The notes under the pieces are model-generated. The model was not told the DNA's origin and did not search any database. It was given only the letters and a program-made list of their open reading frames with translations. From Octopus vulgaris (lineage: Eukaryota), in contig OX597819.1 in assembly GCA_951406725.2 (NCBI GenBank), positions 5,580,001 to 5,644,000 of the forward strand: a stretch of DNA of 64,000 nt, read 5' to 3'. The position numbers were made by a program, and so were the translations under genes. Below are positions 13,161 through 26,532 of the stretch, piece after piece; position 1 is the stretch's first letter, and the number at the start of each line of letters is the position of its first letter.

Positions 13161-13324
13161 TGTACGAGAATTAATCAGAGGAAGAAGGGCCTCTGACCTG
13201 TTTCGTCGCCTTATTAACTCGTGGCCGGAGGCAGCTTATCTTTACACCAAAGACCTCGTTCCAATGCTTGCAATGAAGACACTGTTTACAATTATCTTTA
13301 ATTTTTTTTTCTATGTGTCATATA

Positions 13325-13504
13325 GGCGCAGGAGTGGCTGTGTGGTAAGTAGCTTGCTAACCAACCACATGGTTCCGGGTTCAGTCCCACTGCGTGACAT
13401 CTTGGGCAAGTGTCTTCTGCTATAGCCCCGGGCCGACCGATGCCTTGTGAGTGGATTTGGTAGACGGAAACTGAAAGAAGCCTGTCGTATATATGTATAT
13501 ATAT
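13325..13504 (+). mobile_element. SINE A, 5' half
   Basis: head up to internal microsatellite. Confidence 0.85.
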
Positions 13505-13737
13505 ATTTCTTTACTACCCACAAGGGGCTAAACACAGACGGGACAAACAAAGACAGACAAACGGATTAAGTCGATTACATCGACCCCCAGTGTGTAACTG
13601 GTACTTAATTTATCGACCCCGAAAGGATGAAAGGCAAAGTCGACCTCGGCGGAATTTGAACTCAGAACGTAACGACAGACGAAATACAGCTACGCATTTC
13701 GCCCAGCGTGCTAACGTTTCTTCCAGCTCGCCGCCTT
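13505..13737 (-). mobile_element. SINE E inserted in the SINE A microsatellite
   Basis: family match; TA/TG tract resumes afterwards. Confidence 0.88.
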
Positions 13738-13929
13738 TATTATATATGTATATATATGTATGTGTGTGTATGTGTTTGTGCGTGTTTGTGTTTGTGTGTG
13801 TGTGTGTTTGTGTATGTGTGTGTGTGTGTGTTTCTCTGTGTGTGCTTGTGTGTGCGCGCGTGCCTGTTTGTGTGTGTGTGTGTGTGCGTGCGCTCGTGTG
13901 TATGTGTGTATGTGTACGTGTGTGTGTGA

Positions 13930-14960
13930 GTGAAACAAAGACCAGAGCAACAATCTGTCTGACAGGATACGCCGCACTGAATCGTAGATCGGAACATTTG
14001 CAGATAGGTCACATCGTCCACCCTTGAGGACATTTCTCTCCAGAAACCACACTACAAACAGCATCGTGAGGTGCACTCTATCTAATTGCCCAACTAACAA
14101 CTTCAAAATGTGTTCGAGGGCCTACGAAGTGTACAAGATAGTCTACAGTAAATGTGGTGCGTCCTACATTTGTAGCGTCATTGCAAAACTGCACGTTCGC
14201 ATCAAGGAACTCATGCGCACAAACACTTCAGTCCGCAAAGACATACACAAGTACCAGACTCAGAATTTCACAGTATCCATCAGGGTCATCATCATCATCA
14301 TCATTGTTCGACCGTGGTTGAGACAATGGAATTTACCATGCTACGCCAGACTTCACGGTCCATCATGGCATTACGGAGGTCCTGTTGCTGGATACCAGTA
14401 TCCCTGGAGATTACATCAGGGTAGGAGAGTGTGCGCCCTCTGGTATTGTGAGTAGATGGCTTCCAGAGGAGAAGAGTAGAAATTACCTCTTTTTCAGCTC
14501 TACAACAATGTCCAGCAAACTGGACTCTCCTACCTTTCACAAGAGATGACACAAGTGGTAGTTTCCCATATATTTGCATTTTGGTTGGATGGCGCTTCGA
14601 CGAGAGATTTTGAGCTCTCATAAGGAGGCGAGTGTAGGTTCCATCCAACCGCCTCTCAAGCTTCTTTGATAACGTCCAGGTTTCTGAGCCATATAGTAGT
14701 AGTAGTAGGGTCACTCAACATAATGCAGACAATCTTAGAAACATCCAAGTACTTCTTATTAACAAATTGTGACCCACTCTAAACAACAGAAAAGAGAGTT
14801 ACATGAAGCAGACAGGTTGTCATAACAGCATCAATCTGCACATGTCACCACACTATTTCCCACACATCTGAGCTATGACGTTTCCTATCGATTCGTTTCT
14901 TCAAAGGTCTGGATGAAGGAGTCATAACATCGAAATATCGAAATATAAGACAAAGCTACA
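13930..14960 (+). mobile_element. Old Penelope-like element 3' remnant (GIY-YIG), split by an RTE insertion
   Basis: 'VYKIVYSKCGASYICS..KLHVRIKEL' before the insertion and 'LLINKL*PTLN' after it. Confidence 0.6.
14289..14700 (-). mobile_element. RTE-clade LINE, 5'-truncated 3' end with (ATG)n tail
   Basis: LLYGSETWTL...RRVQFAGHC...DREVWR; TSD AGGGTCA at 14282-14288 and 14707-14713. Confidence 0.88.
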
Positions 14961-15059
14961 ACTGTTGTTCCGCTTTCATTTTGTAGTTTACTTTGCATTT
15001 CATTTCCCATTGCTCCGGCTTTATTTCATGTTTATCTAATATACCTATATATTTATATA

Positions 15060-15224
15060 GGCGCAGGAGTGGCTGTGTGGTAAGTAGCTTGCTAACCAAC
15101 CACATGGCTCTGGGTTCAGTCTCACTGCGTGGCATCTTGGGCAACTGCCTTCTACTATAGCCCCGGGCCGACCAAAGCCTTGTGAGTGGATTTGGTAGAC
15201 GGAAACTGAAAGAAGCCTGTCGTC

Positions 15225-15313
<89 letters not shown>

Positions 15314-15522
15314 TTGTGTTTGTCCCCCTAGCATTACTTGACAACCAATGCTGGTGTGTTTACGTCCCCGTCACTTAGCGGTTCGGCAAAAGAGACCGAT
15401 AGAATAAGTACTGGGCTTACAAAGAATAAGTCCCAGTGTCGATTTTGCTCGACTAAAGGCGGTGCTCCAGCATGGCCGCAGTCAAATGACTGAAACAAGT
15501 AAAAGAGCAAAAGAGTAAAGAG
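15060..15522 (+). mobile_element. SINE A
   Basis: full-length family match. Confidence 0.9.
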
Positions 15523-15528
15523 TATATG

Positions 15529-15981
15529 CAGTAATCCCTCGCCATATTGCGGTTCATCTACCTATCGCGCACACAGTACATCGCGGACTCCTTAGTATAT
15601 CGCGGGTTTCTGCGGTCGATAGGTATTCATATTTTTTTTTAGCTTTTAATTATTTCTGCGGTAAAAATAAGCAATTTCACGCCCGAAAATTAATAAATTA
15701 ATAAATAAAAATAGAATACAGTACTGCACTGTATAACACATTAATTAGAATATATTAAAAGAAAATACGTTGTGCACCGTAGATGAGTAAACAAAGAAGC
15801 GCAGATATTGTATGGAAAACGAAACTTGGGAGGCGAGTGTGGGGTGTCGTTTTGCATTTATAATAATAATGAATATATACAAATGATAAAAGATATATAC
15901 AATATTGTTACTACTTCGCGGATTTTCACCTAACGTGGGAGGTTTTGGAACGTAACACTCGCGATAATCGAGAAATTACTG
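15529..15981. mobile_element. Non-autonomous Tigger/pogo-like DNA transposon (MITE)
   Basis: TIRs CAGTAATCCCTCG / CGAGAAATTACTG with TA at right end. Confidence 0.7.
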
Positions 15982-15984
15982 TAT

Positions 15985-17120
15985 ATGTACGTTGGCTACA
16001 TTGAGGCCCAAGCATTCTCCCAATTCTCCGGGTCGACCCCAGAGCTATACGGTCGCTACATAGACGGCTGCATAGGTGCCACCTCCCTCTCCCGCGAGCA
16101 GCTCTGCCACTTCATCTCTTTCCTCTCTAACTTCCACCCTTCTCTCCAATTCACTTCCACTATCTCCAATACCACTGTTAACTTCCTCGACATCTCTCTT
16201 TGCATCGACCACCCCTCCCACTCTCTCACCACCTCCGCCTTCTTCAAACCTACGGATTCTCACCTCTACCTCAACTTCTCCTCCTCCCATCCCTTCCACA
16301 CCAAACGGGCCATCCTCTACTCCCAGTTCCTCCCCCTCCGACGCTTGTGCAGCCGCGACCAGGATTTTGAGACCCAGTCTCAGTACCTGGCTCGCCTGTT
16401 CAGGTATCGAGGATACCCCGCAACCCCGGTCTTGAACGCCCTTGCCCGCGCTCGTCGAATCGACCGCACTACCGCCCTTTCTCCTTCCTCTCACCAACCC
16501 CTAACCGCGCCCCCTTTCCCCTCCATTTCCACCACTCCACTATACCCCTTCGTCGGAGGATACTACGAGCCTTCCGTCGTCTCCAGCTCGATACCACCAC
16601 CCGCCCCATTTTCCCCAACCCACCCTTGTTCTCCTTCAAACGAGCCCGGAATCTACGCGATCTCCTGGTCCGTAGCACCCTCTCCTCTTACCCCTCAGCC
16701 CCACATGGATCCTTCCCGTGCTCCAGATCCCGCTGCAACACCTGCCCCTTCATCACCAACACCACTGCTGTCACCGGCTCCAGCCAGCGTACTGTACGTA
16801 TTAGACATTCTTTTATGTGCACTTCGTCTGGTCTCATTTATTGCATAAAATGCAACCTCTGCGGGGTGCTTTATGTAGGACAGACGGGCCGCCGACTGGC
16901 CGACCGGTTCGCCGAACATCTAAGGGATGTTCGGCTGCGTTCCAGCTCTCTCGTCGCCCGTCACTTCCGCTTGGCCAACCATTCCCCAGGTGACATCTCT
17001 GTGTTTGGTCTCGCCCCACACAACGGACTTCCACAATCCAGGCTTCACCTGGAACAACGATTTATTTTCATTTTACAGACTAATATCCCGCACGGACTCA
17101 ACACAGCCCCCTCCTCTTAG
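15985..17120 (+). pseudogene. PLE RT/GIY-YIG ORF remnant with frameshift near 16490
   Basis: ORFs 15985-16848 and 16626-17120 join into one PLE protein. Confidence 0.88.
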
Positions 17121-17324
17121 TGACTGCGTCTCCACCTCCCGCAACACGCAGCTTTATTTCTTATTTCTTCCTTCTCTTCTTTTTTGTTTTTTCTTTGTCT
17201 TTTTTCATTTTCTTTCCTTACGTGCTATTACGTCTTTTATTTTATTATTTTATTGTTTGATAATTTTTTGTTTTTTTATTGTTTATAATTTTATTAATTT
17301 TATTGTTTTTATAAATTATTGTTC

Positions 17325-18556
17325 TTATACACGAACACATACACACACATACTCACGTATCCACGAACACACACATACCTTCAACACACCACACACATAC
17401 AACATACATGCACATATACGCACACATACTTCCACACACATACACACACGCATGCATACACATATACACACACCCACACGCACACACACATATATGCGCG
17501 TACACATACACACGTACACAAACGTACGCACAGGAATGCACAGAAACCTATCTCATCCAACCCCATGCACACACAGACACACATACCTTTAGACACACAC
17601 ACATAAACATACACACAACCACATACACGCACATACTCAAGCACACGCGCGTACACACAATAAAATGAACACAACCTGACACACATCTCCACGGTCACAC
17701 ACACGCACATACACATACACGCACGTACATACGCACACAATACAGGCACACACACATATACACACGTACATACACACACACACCAGCACAGATGCCCACA
17801 TATACCCCCAAAAAACAATACTCATACAGATACGCACACACTTATACACATATGGGCACAGATACACACGCACATACACACACGTAAGCGCACACACGCA
17901 TACAAGCACACGCATGCACATTTCGCCCACACAACTCCAACCCCCCCACGCATACGCAAATTCACATACACACACGCATGCATACACATATACACACACC
18001 CACACCCACCCACGCGCACACACACATACACATACGTATACACATATAGACACAGACACACACACGCACACAAAAACATGCGCACACATACGCACGCACA
18101 CACGCACACGAATGCACAACTCTCAGAACCCCACGGATACACGTATATACACCCATATACGACACGCACGCACATACATACACACACACACACACACAAA
18201 TGAACCCACACATACATCCCATACACACCGCACACAATTATACATACATGTGTACACACATACGCACGTACAAGCACACACGCATACGTACACTAAGTAA
18301 AGCACAGTTATTCGCCACACACCCAAACTCTACGCATACACACACGAACACCCACACACACACACACACACTACAAACAGCACACACACCCGATACATAT
18401 ACATACATACACGCACACACACACACATACTTCAAACTAGCAGTACCTACTACTGACCTGGGGTAGAGACAAAAAGAGCCACTCCCAATTCCTTCTTCCT
18501 TGACCTTAAACAATACTAAGCCCTACGACACGCAAAGATTAACAGCCACAATCACA

Positions 18557-18601
<45 letters not shown>

Positions 18602-18672
18602 TATCATTGCACACATACACACACACGCACACGCAGACCTACGCACACGCACACATCCACACTTACACACAC
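17325..18672. repeat. Degenerate (CA)-rich low-complexity tract
   Basis: direct reading. Confidence 0.9.
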
Positions 18673-18814
18673 GTACCTCCTCTTGCACTCTCCTGTCTTT
18701 GAAAGAACTTTTCTTCACCCATTTCCTTCCGGTCATTCAAAATGTGACCGCGTGTGTACCGTTGGCGATTTTTTTTCCTCTGTCTTCCCTTCTCTGGATC
18801 TTTCCTTCTCCTAT

Positions 18815-18849
18815 GTTTCCGACAAAGAGCTCCGCTCGAAACGTTAAGC
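18815..18849 (+). ncRNA. Degenerate minimal hammerhead-like motif in PLE pseudo-LTR
   Basis: GUUU CCGACAA A GAGC-UCC-GCUC GAAA CG UU AAGC; core has two substitutions versus CUGANGA. Confidence 0.45.
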
Positions 18850-18962
18850 CCTCCTTCTTTCCTTGTTTCCTGAGTGTCCAATAATACTATATTTGTTCCA
18901 CCTCCTCGCGTTGTTGTGTTTTTTTGTGATTTCATGTTTGGATTAACTCTACGTATATATAT

Positions 18963-19029
<67 letters not shown>

Positions 19030-19159
19030 CACGGAGAGAGAGAGAGAAAGACAGAGACAGATAGTATGTTTTCAAGGTAGAACTTGTATAAATGATTTGT
19101 GAACTTGAAGGAATGAAACAATATATTCAGAAATTTAGTAAACGAAACTGTTTGTAATA

Positions 19160-19460
19160 TTGGTTTCAAATTTTGGCACGAGACCAGCAATTTTGGGGGA
19201 GTAATTCGATTACATCGATCTAGTAATTATTTATCGACCCCGAAATGATGACGTCACTAAGCATTTTGCCCGGCATGCTATCGATCCTGCAAGAGCGCCG
19301 CCTACAATTATTTGCAATGTTAAACAGTATCAAGGTAGCAAGCTAGCAGAATCGTTAGCATCGAGGGCAAAATGCTTTCAGAATCGTTTGCACACCAGGC
19401 AAAATGCTTAGCGGCATTTCGATCATCTTTACCCTCTGCGATCAAATTCCGTTGAGGTCG
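19160..19460. mobile_element. Two diverged SINE E fragments (minus then plus)
   Basis: family motifs. Confidence 0.6.
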
Positions 19461-19675
19461 GAATATTACAAGCAGTTTCGTTTGCTAAATATCGGAATAT
19501 TTTGTTTCACTTCTTCACATTCCCAAATCAGTTTTGCAACTTGCACTGCAAGTTATTGTTTTCAAAATCATCTTAATATATCTTTTACCTTTTACTTGCG
19601 TCTGTCATTGGACTGCTGTCATGATCGGACATCCCCAAGAAGGGCTTTAGTCGAACGAGTTAACCCTAGTACTTA

Positions 19676-19907
19676 CTCTCTCTTTTACTCTTTACTCTCT
19701 ACTCTTTTACTTGTTTCAGTCATTTGACTGCGGCCATGCTGGAGCACCGCCTTTAGTCGAGCAAATCGACTCCGGGACTTATTCTTTGTAAGCCCAGTAC
19801 TTATTCTATCGGTCTCTTTTGCCGAACCGCTAGGTGACGGCGATGTAAACACAGCAGCATCGGTTGTCAAGCAATACTAGGGGGACAAACGCAGACACAC
19901 AAACACA

Positions 19908-19989
<82 letters not shown>

Positions 19990-20130
19990 CGACAGGCTTC
20001 TTCCAGTTTCCGTCTACCAAATCCACTCACAAGGCATTGGTCGGCCCGGGGCTATAGCAGAAGACACTTGCCCACGATGCCACGCAGTGGAACTGAACCC
20101 GGAACCATGTGGTTGATTAGCAAGCTACTT
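19676..20130 (-). mobile_element. SINE A
   Basis: family match. Confidence 0.9.
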
Positions 20131-20283
20131 AAAGCTTGTTAAAAATTTTTTTTTTTTTATATTAAGTTGATTTTGCAAACAACTTGTAGTGCAAGTTGTA
20201 TAAATGATTTGTGAATTTGAAGAAATGAAACAATGAATTCTGTAATTTAGTGAACGAAAATGTTTGTAATATTGGTTTCAAAT

Positions 20284-20702
20284 ACTTAGCGGTATTTCGT
20301 CTGTCTTTACGTTCTGAGTTCAAATTCCGCCGAGGTCGTCTGTGCCTTTCATACTTTCAGGGTCGATAAATTAAGTACTAGTTGCGTACTGGGGTCGATC
20401 TGATCGACTGGCCCCCCTCCCCTAAAATTTCGGTACTTTGTGTCTAGAGTAGAAAAGAAAAGAATATTGGTTTCAAATATCTATCGTTATTACGTCTGTC
20501 TTTACGTTCTGAGTTCAATTTCCGGCGAGGTCGATTTTGCCTTTCATCCTTTCGGGGTTGATCAAATAAGTACCAGTTACGCACTGGATTCGATGTAATT
20601 GACTTAATCCCATTGTCTGTCCTTGTTTGCCCCCTCTATGTTTAGCCCCTTATGGGCAATAAAGGAATAAATATTGGTTTCAAATTCTGCAGAGGTCGAC
20701 TT
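20284..20702 (+). mobile_element. Stacked 5'-truncated SINE E copies
   Basis: two bodies plus a stub, each preceded by AATATTGGTTTCAAAT. Confidence 0.8.
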
Positions 20703-21091
20703 TGTTGCCTAACTCATACGACATCTCTTTGCACCGGTTGACATTGGCGCCTGACTTAAACACATTGTTACACTCCCTTATTGGCGCACCAGAATTAATG
20801 TCGATGTAATTTCCTGTTTGTGATGTCTTAAATTATAATATATATAAAACGAAAGCTGAAAGTGAGAGGTCTAAATGTAATTTAAGCTGCCGCGTTGTTC
20901 TGCTTGCAGCGATAAGAAATTAAGAAGCTAAAAAATGCAAATAGGAAACTTTTGTGCTAAAATTTTGAATAGCAATTTTTGCACACCCCATTACTAAAAA
21001 CCTTATCTGTTCTGTGAAAAGCGTTAGAGAATTATACTTGAAGACTGTGTGAAATAAGCTATACAAATAATTTATTATATTGAATATATAT

Positions 21092-21237
21092 CTGTGTGGC
21101 TAAGAAGCTCTCTTTACAAGCATGTAGCTTCGGGTTCAGTCCTACTCCGCGGCACTTTTAGGCAAGGGTCTTCAGTCATAGCACCGGTCCTACTCATGCC
21201 TTGTGAGCGAAGCTGGTTGACGGAAACTGTAAGTCCA

Positions 21238-21279
<42 letters not shown>

Positions 21280-21330
21280 GCGCACACACACACACACACA
21301 CGCACGCGCGCACACACACACATACTGTTG
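21092..21330 (+). mobile_element. Diverged SINE A-related 5' half
   Basis: ctgtgtggctaagaagc...gggttcagtcc...gacggaaactg. Confidence 0.6.
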
Positions 21331-21529
21331 TGTCTGGGGAGAGTCATTCTCTTTGGTGCCTTATAATTTAACACACTCACCGGTAAAATTTCACTTCATT
21401 TTTTTTTTATTTTTCTAAAATTTTCGTTGCATCTTGCAACCTTTTCAATAGTTTTGACTCTGTCCGTTACTCACTCTGCGTTCCTTTTTGTTTGTGCGCA
21501 TGCGTGTGGATCAGTGTGTTTGTGCCCAT

Positions 21530-22050
21530 ACATGTATGTATGTATGTATGAATGTATGTATGTATGTATGAATGTATGTATGTATGTATGTATGTATGTA
21601 TGTATGTATGTATGCATGTGTGTGTATGCATGTATGTGTGTGTGTGTATATGTATATATTTATGTAGGTGTACATTTGTATGTATGTATTCTGCATATTC
21701 ATGTGTTTGCATGTCCGTGTTTGTGTGTTTCTATGCATGTGTGTGTGTGTTTTGCAGCCATGTACCGTGTTTGTATGTATGGATGTGCATCTCTGTGTGG
21801 ACGTGTGTCTCCATACGTCTCCTTGTGTGGAGTAAAGTGTGTGTGTATATATTGTCATGTGTTTCAGTTTTCATTTGCATGTGTGTGCTTGTCTGTTCAT
21901 ATAATCTATGTACCTATCCGTCTGCATGATGATCTGTTTACTTCCATACCCATATGCTTACATACATGTGAACATACATACATACATATATATATATTTG
22001 TATATATATATACACCCACACACATACACATACATACATCTATCTACATA
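21530..22050. repeat. (TATG)n/(TG)-rich low-complexity tract
   Basis: direct reading. Confidence 0.85.
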
Positions 22051-22207
22051 ACAGCCCACCAACTATTCTAGTCATTCCGCAATGCTCCTAGATGTCTCCC
22101 CTATGCATGCCATGTTCATGTCTTTACAAGCACCTTCTATGCATTTTATGTTGTAAACTACATTTCAAGTTCTACAGTTAATGCCAGGGCTAATCCTACA
22201 TGCCATG

Positions 22208-22580
22208 GGAGGCGCAATGGCCCAGTGGTTAAGGCAGCGGACTCGCGGTCATAGGATCGCGGTTTCGATTCCCAGACCGGGCGTTGTGAGTGTTTATTGA
22301 GCGAAAACACCTAAAGCTCCATGAGGTTCCGGCAGGGGATGGTGGTGATCCCTGCTGTACTCTTTCACCACAACTTTCTCTCACTCTTACTTCCTGTTTC
22401 TGTTGTACCTGTATTTCAAAGGGCCGGCCTTGTCACTCTTTGTGTCACGCTGAATATCCCTGAGAACTACGTTAAGGGTACACGTGTCTGTGGAGTGCTC
22501 AACCACTTACACGTTAATTTCACGAGCAGGCTGTTCCGTTGATTCGGATCAACCGGAACCCTCACCGTCGTAACCGGAGT
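22208..22580 (+). mobile_element. SINE B
   Basis: family match. Confidence 0.9.
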
Positions 22581-23352
22581 CATACGAAATGCCACTAAGC
22601 ATTTTCCCCGGCTTTGTATATAGATTTATGAGCAGGAAAGTATGTATACGTGCGTAAGTCAGTGTCTCAGTTTATGAAAATAGCTTAATTTATCTGTGTA
22701 GGAGAAATGTTGTGTGGCTGTGTGGTAAGTAGCTGGCTTACCAACCACATGGTTCTGGGTTCAGTCCTACTGCGTGGCTTCTGCTCTTTCTAGTGAGCCA
22801 GGTATCTTATTTTTTGTGTGGGGCATCTCTTATGTGTTTGAATGTACACTGTATTCTTCTCTGAATAATGTATAGTCTATTGACTAAATTTTTTCCTTCT
22901 CGCTAGACCACAGGTAACAAAGAATTTTTGCGATATATATTCTTGCTACCCTAAGATTTTAATTAATGATAAAATGTTTTTAGCTAATTTTGGAAGAAAA
23001 TCGGCAATTTATTTACTGCCGGTTAGTTCCGCATTTGCGTGGTGGATTCGAAAAATTATAACATATGGACACGTGGCGGGTTATTTTTGTCGCTCCGTAT
23101 CTATGTGTTCGTTCCTTGGCACCCTACTGAAGAAGCAGCGCCAGATAGAGATTGGAATTTTTTTATTTCAATCTATATAGTCTGCAGAAACTATGCATGG
23201 TCTAGGACAATAAGGTAAAGGTTTTTATTTTTCATTCACTTTCAAAATTACAACAATTAGTGGCTTGGAGTTTAACTGCTCCTTCTAGTGAGTCAGATAT
23301 CCTATTTTTGGGGGGTATCTCTAATGCGTTTGAATGTGCACTGTATTCTTCT

Positions 23353-23421
<69 letters not shown>

Positions 23422-23844
23422 TGAATGAGATAAAAAGTCCAAGGCTGCAAATAGTTTTCAGAACAATTTATAAAGAAAAAGTCTTAGAGGTGTTTCCGGG
23501 ATATTTTATATATCTCTTTTATATATCTCTTCATCATTTTATATATCTCTTCATCAACCTTTGAATGTTCCAGTAGCTTACAGTTTGGAATTTCGCTGTT
23601 ACGTAATGAGAAAAGTCTCCAATCAGATGATTTGTATTAGATGAAAGAAAAAATTCAATGGTGTCCTAGCCATCTAATTGGTTATTACTTTCGCCATTAA
23701 AATGAGTCAAGTAGAATTGGATGTTTTTTACGGGAAAAAATCTGCAATAAATTTGAACTTTCAATCTGACAACGTATTCTTGCTACGAACTAGAATTACG
23801 ATACTTTGCTAACACCGTAACTCCAGTGTACTATGTATCATTGT

Positions 23845-24180
23845 GGATCGCGGTTTCGATTCCCAGACCGGGCGTTGTGAGTGTTTATTGAGCGAAAACA
23901 CCTAAAGTTCCACGAGGCTCCGGCAGGAGATGGTGGTGATCCCTGCTGTACTCTTTCACCACAACCTTCTCTCTTACTTCCTGTTTCTGTTGTACCTGTA
24001 TTTCAAGGGGCCGGCCTTGTCACTCTCTGTGTCACGCTGAATATCCCGAGAACTACGTTAAGGGTGCACGTGTCTGTGGAGTGCTCAGCCACTTACACGT
24101 TAATTTCACGAGCAGGCTGTTCCGTTGATTCGGATCAACCGGAACCCTCGCCATCGTCGTAACCGACGGAGTGCTTCCAT
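23845..24180 (+). mobile_element. SINE B, 5'-truncated
   Basis: starts at GGATCGCGGTTTCG. Confidence 0.9.
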
Positions 24181-24625
24181 CTATCATTGTGGAAGTCTCA
24201 TGCTTACTCATCAGACTCTTGCACTCATCTCACTACTTCTAACTCCGGACTTCCACATCTCAGCAACTAAGAAATCATGTTGGATAATGGTTACAGAATC
24301 AGTTATAATTACAATTCGTTCTCCACTTAAAATATAAATAGGATGTTAACTTGGTTCTAATTTTACACACACATTTCCTTTCAAATTATTGGGAAACCCA
24401 CATATTTCAATGCAGCGTCATCTGACAAGAACAAGAATATAAACGATATTATAAATTCCCTGCATTTCCAAAATGTTTGTGGTCCACTTCACTATTTAAA
24501 TATTTTATAACCACTTTTAAAATTAACAATTCTCTCGTGATATTTCGTAAAAAGTCTTTTACTAGGGTAATAAGTTAAACTAGTCAAATTATTCTTTCAC
24601 AGAGTTAAGTATGTTAGTAGACTTT

Positions 24626-25149
24626 CTAACTAGAAAGGGTATGGCCTGGTCAGCCTGTAATGATATGCATAAGATCTGGTCATCAAATCTAAGTAGAGAC
24701 TTCAAACTTGAAATCTTCAAAGCCACAGTCGAACCAATTCTACTATATGGCTCAGAAACCTGGACGTTATCAAAGAAGCTTGAGAGGCGGTTGGATGGAA
24801 CCTACACTCGCCTCCTTATGAGAGCTCAAAATCTCTCGTGGAAGCGCCATCCAACCAAAATGCAAATATATGGGAAACTACCACTTGTGTCATCTCTTGT
24901 GAAAGGTAGGAGAGTCCAGTTTGCTGGACATTGTTGTAGAGCTGAAAAAGAAGTAATTTCTACTCTTCTCCTCTGGAAGCCATCTACTCACAATACCAGA
25001 GGGCGCACACTCTCCTACCCTGATGTAATCTCCAGGGATACAGGCATCCAGCAACAGGACCTCCGTAATGCCATGATGGACCGTGAAGTCTGGCATAGCA
25101 TGGTAAATTCCATTGTCTCGACCACGGTCGAACAATGATGATGATGATG
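24626..25149 (+). mobile_element. RTE-clade LINE 3' fragment with (TGA)n tail
   Basis: open frame with ILLYGSETWTL; near-identical to 14289-14700; TSD-like ATGTTAGTARACTTT at 24611-24625 and 25150-25164. Confidence 0.9.
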
Positions 25150-25591
25150 ATGTTAGTAAACTTTACTTAGAGCAAGACTCCATAATGTTGTTAGTGATGA
25201 CTGAAAAAAATCTGTAATTAAAGGTAGTTCTAACCATGTCTATTGCACCTGTTTCAGTCAATCAAGGACTACATCATCTTAGAATTTTGTCTTTATTTAA
25301 GATGGTGTAAATTGAAGAACATTTATTGCTTTATGTAGTAAGCCTAGAGTCTATGTAGAGGCTCTCGTTGTTCCACTTACATTAATGTGTTTCATTGCTG
25401 TGAAGTCGAATGAAAGGAACAATTTTTGTCGTTGTCACAAAACATAACTTGTATCAAATTGTACACACGGTCAGAAGGATTAAGATTCTGTGCTCATATT
25501 TATTTTGGGTGCTTCGTTATGACATTGAGAACATTTGATTATACGAGCCTCAGGTCACTTATATTGGTAGGAAGATACTCAGATCTGAAAA

Positions 25592-25826
25592 TATATTTCT
25601 TTACTACCCACAAGGGGCTAAACATAGAGGGGACAAACAAAGACAGACAAAGGGATTAAGTCGATTACATTGACCCCAGTGCAAAACTGGTACTTTATTT
25701 ATCGACCCCGAAAGGATGAAAGGCAAAGTCGACCTCGGCAGAATTTGAACTCAGAACGTAACGACAGACGAAATACCGCTAAGCATTTCGCCCGGCGCGC
25801 TAACATTTCTGCCAGCTCTCCACCTT
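25592..25826 (-). mobile_element. SINE E
   Basis: full-length family match; TGAAAATAT on both sides. Confidence 0.9.
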
Positions 25827-26283
25827 GAAAATATTGGACTTATTAGAAACGTTCAAGAGCTAAGTAAACCCTTGCAGTTCTACGACCGATGGTCACGGCT
25901 GGAACGCATTAGAACATAGGGCTGCTCAATCTTTCATATGGTTTATAGAAATTATTCTAAGAATGGATTTGTGACCTAATGTTTTTGCCAAAGATTGTTC
26001 AGAATTATGCAAATTCTTTTCATCATTCAGAAGTACAGTGCAATCTACTTAAGAAATTCACGATCCATCATTCTTACCCCGGAAGCTTTTATTACTTTAT
26101 ACTTCCGGTTACTGTTATCTTTCTATTATTTTTATTTCTATCTCTCAGCTTTTGATCTCCCCCCCCCTTCTCTCACTGTTTCCATCACTACCTCTGTCTT
26201 TCCATTATTTTCGATATCCACCGCTCCCATGTTTCCATTCATAATATCATACGATTGTTTTATTTTAGCTTCTTTGCCTACTT

Positions 26284-26443
26284 GCAGGAGTGGGTGTGTG
26301 GTAAGTAGCTTGCTTATCAACCACATGGTTCCGGGTTCATTCCCACTGCGAGGCACCTTGGGCAAGTGTCTTCTACTATAGCCTCGGGCCGACCAAAGCC
26401 TTGTGAGTGGATTTGGTAGACGGAAACTGAAAGAAGCCCGTCG

Positions 26444-26532
<89 letters not shown>

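Larger units (their letters stand above)
15985..18950 (+). mobile_element. Penelope-like element (Neptune-like), 5'-truncated: RT C-terminus + Cys-rich linker + GIY-YIG, long CA-rich 3' region and pseudo-LTR
   Basis: RYIDGCIG, LQFT..VNFLDI, FKPTDSHLYL, CSRSRCNTC, GLIYCIKCNLCGVLYVGQTGRRLADRFAEH, PHGLN; attachment of 17120-18950 is inferred. Confidence 0.8.
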
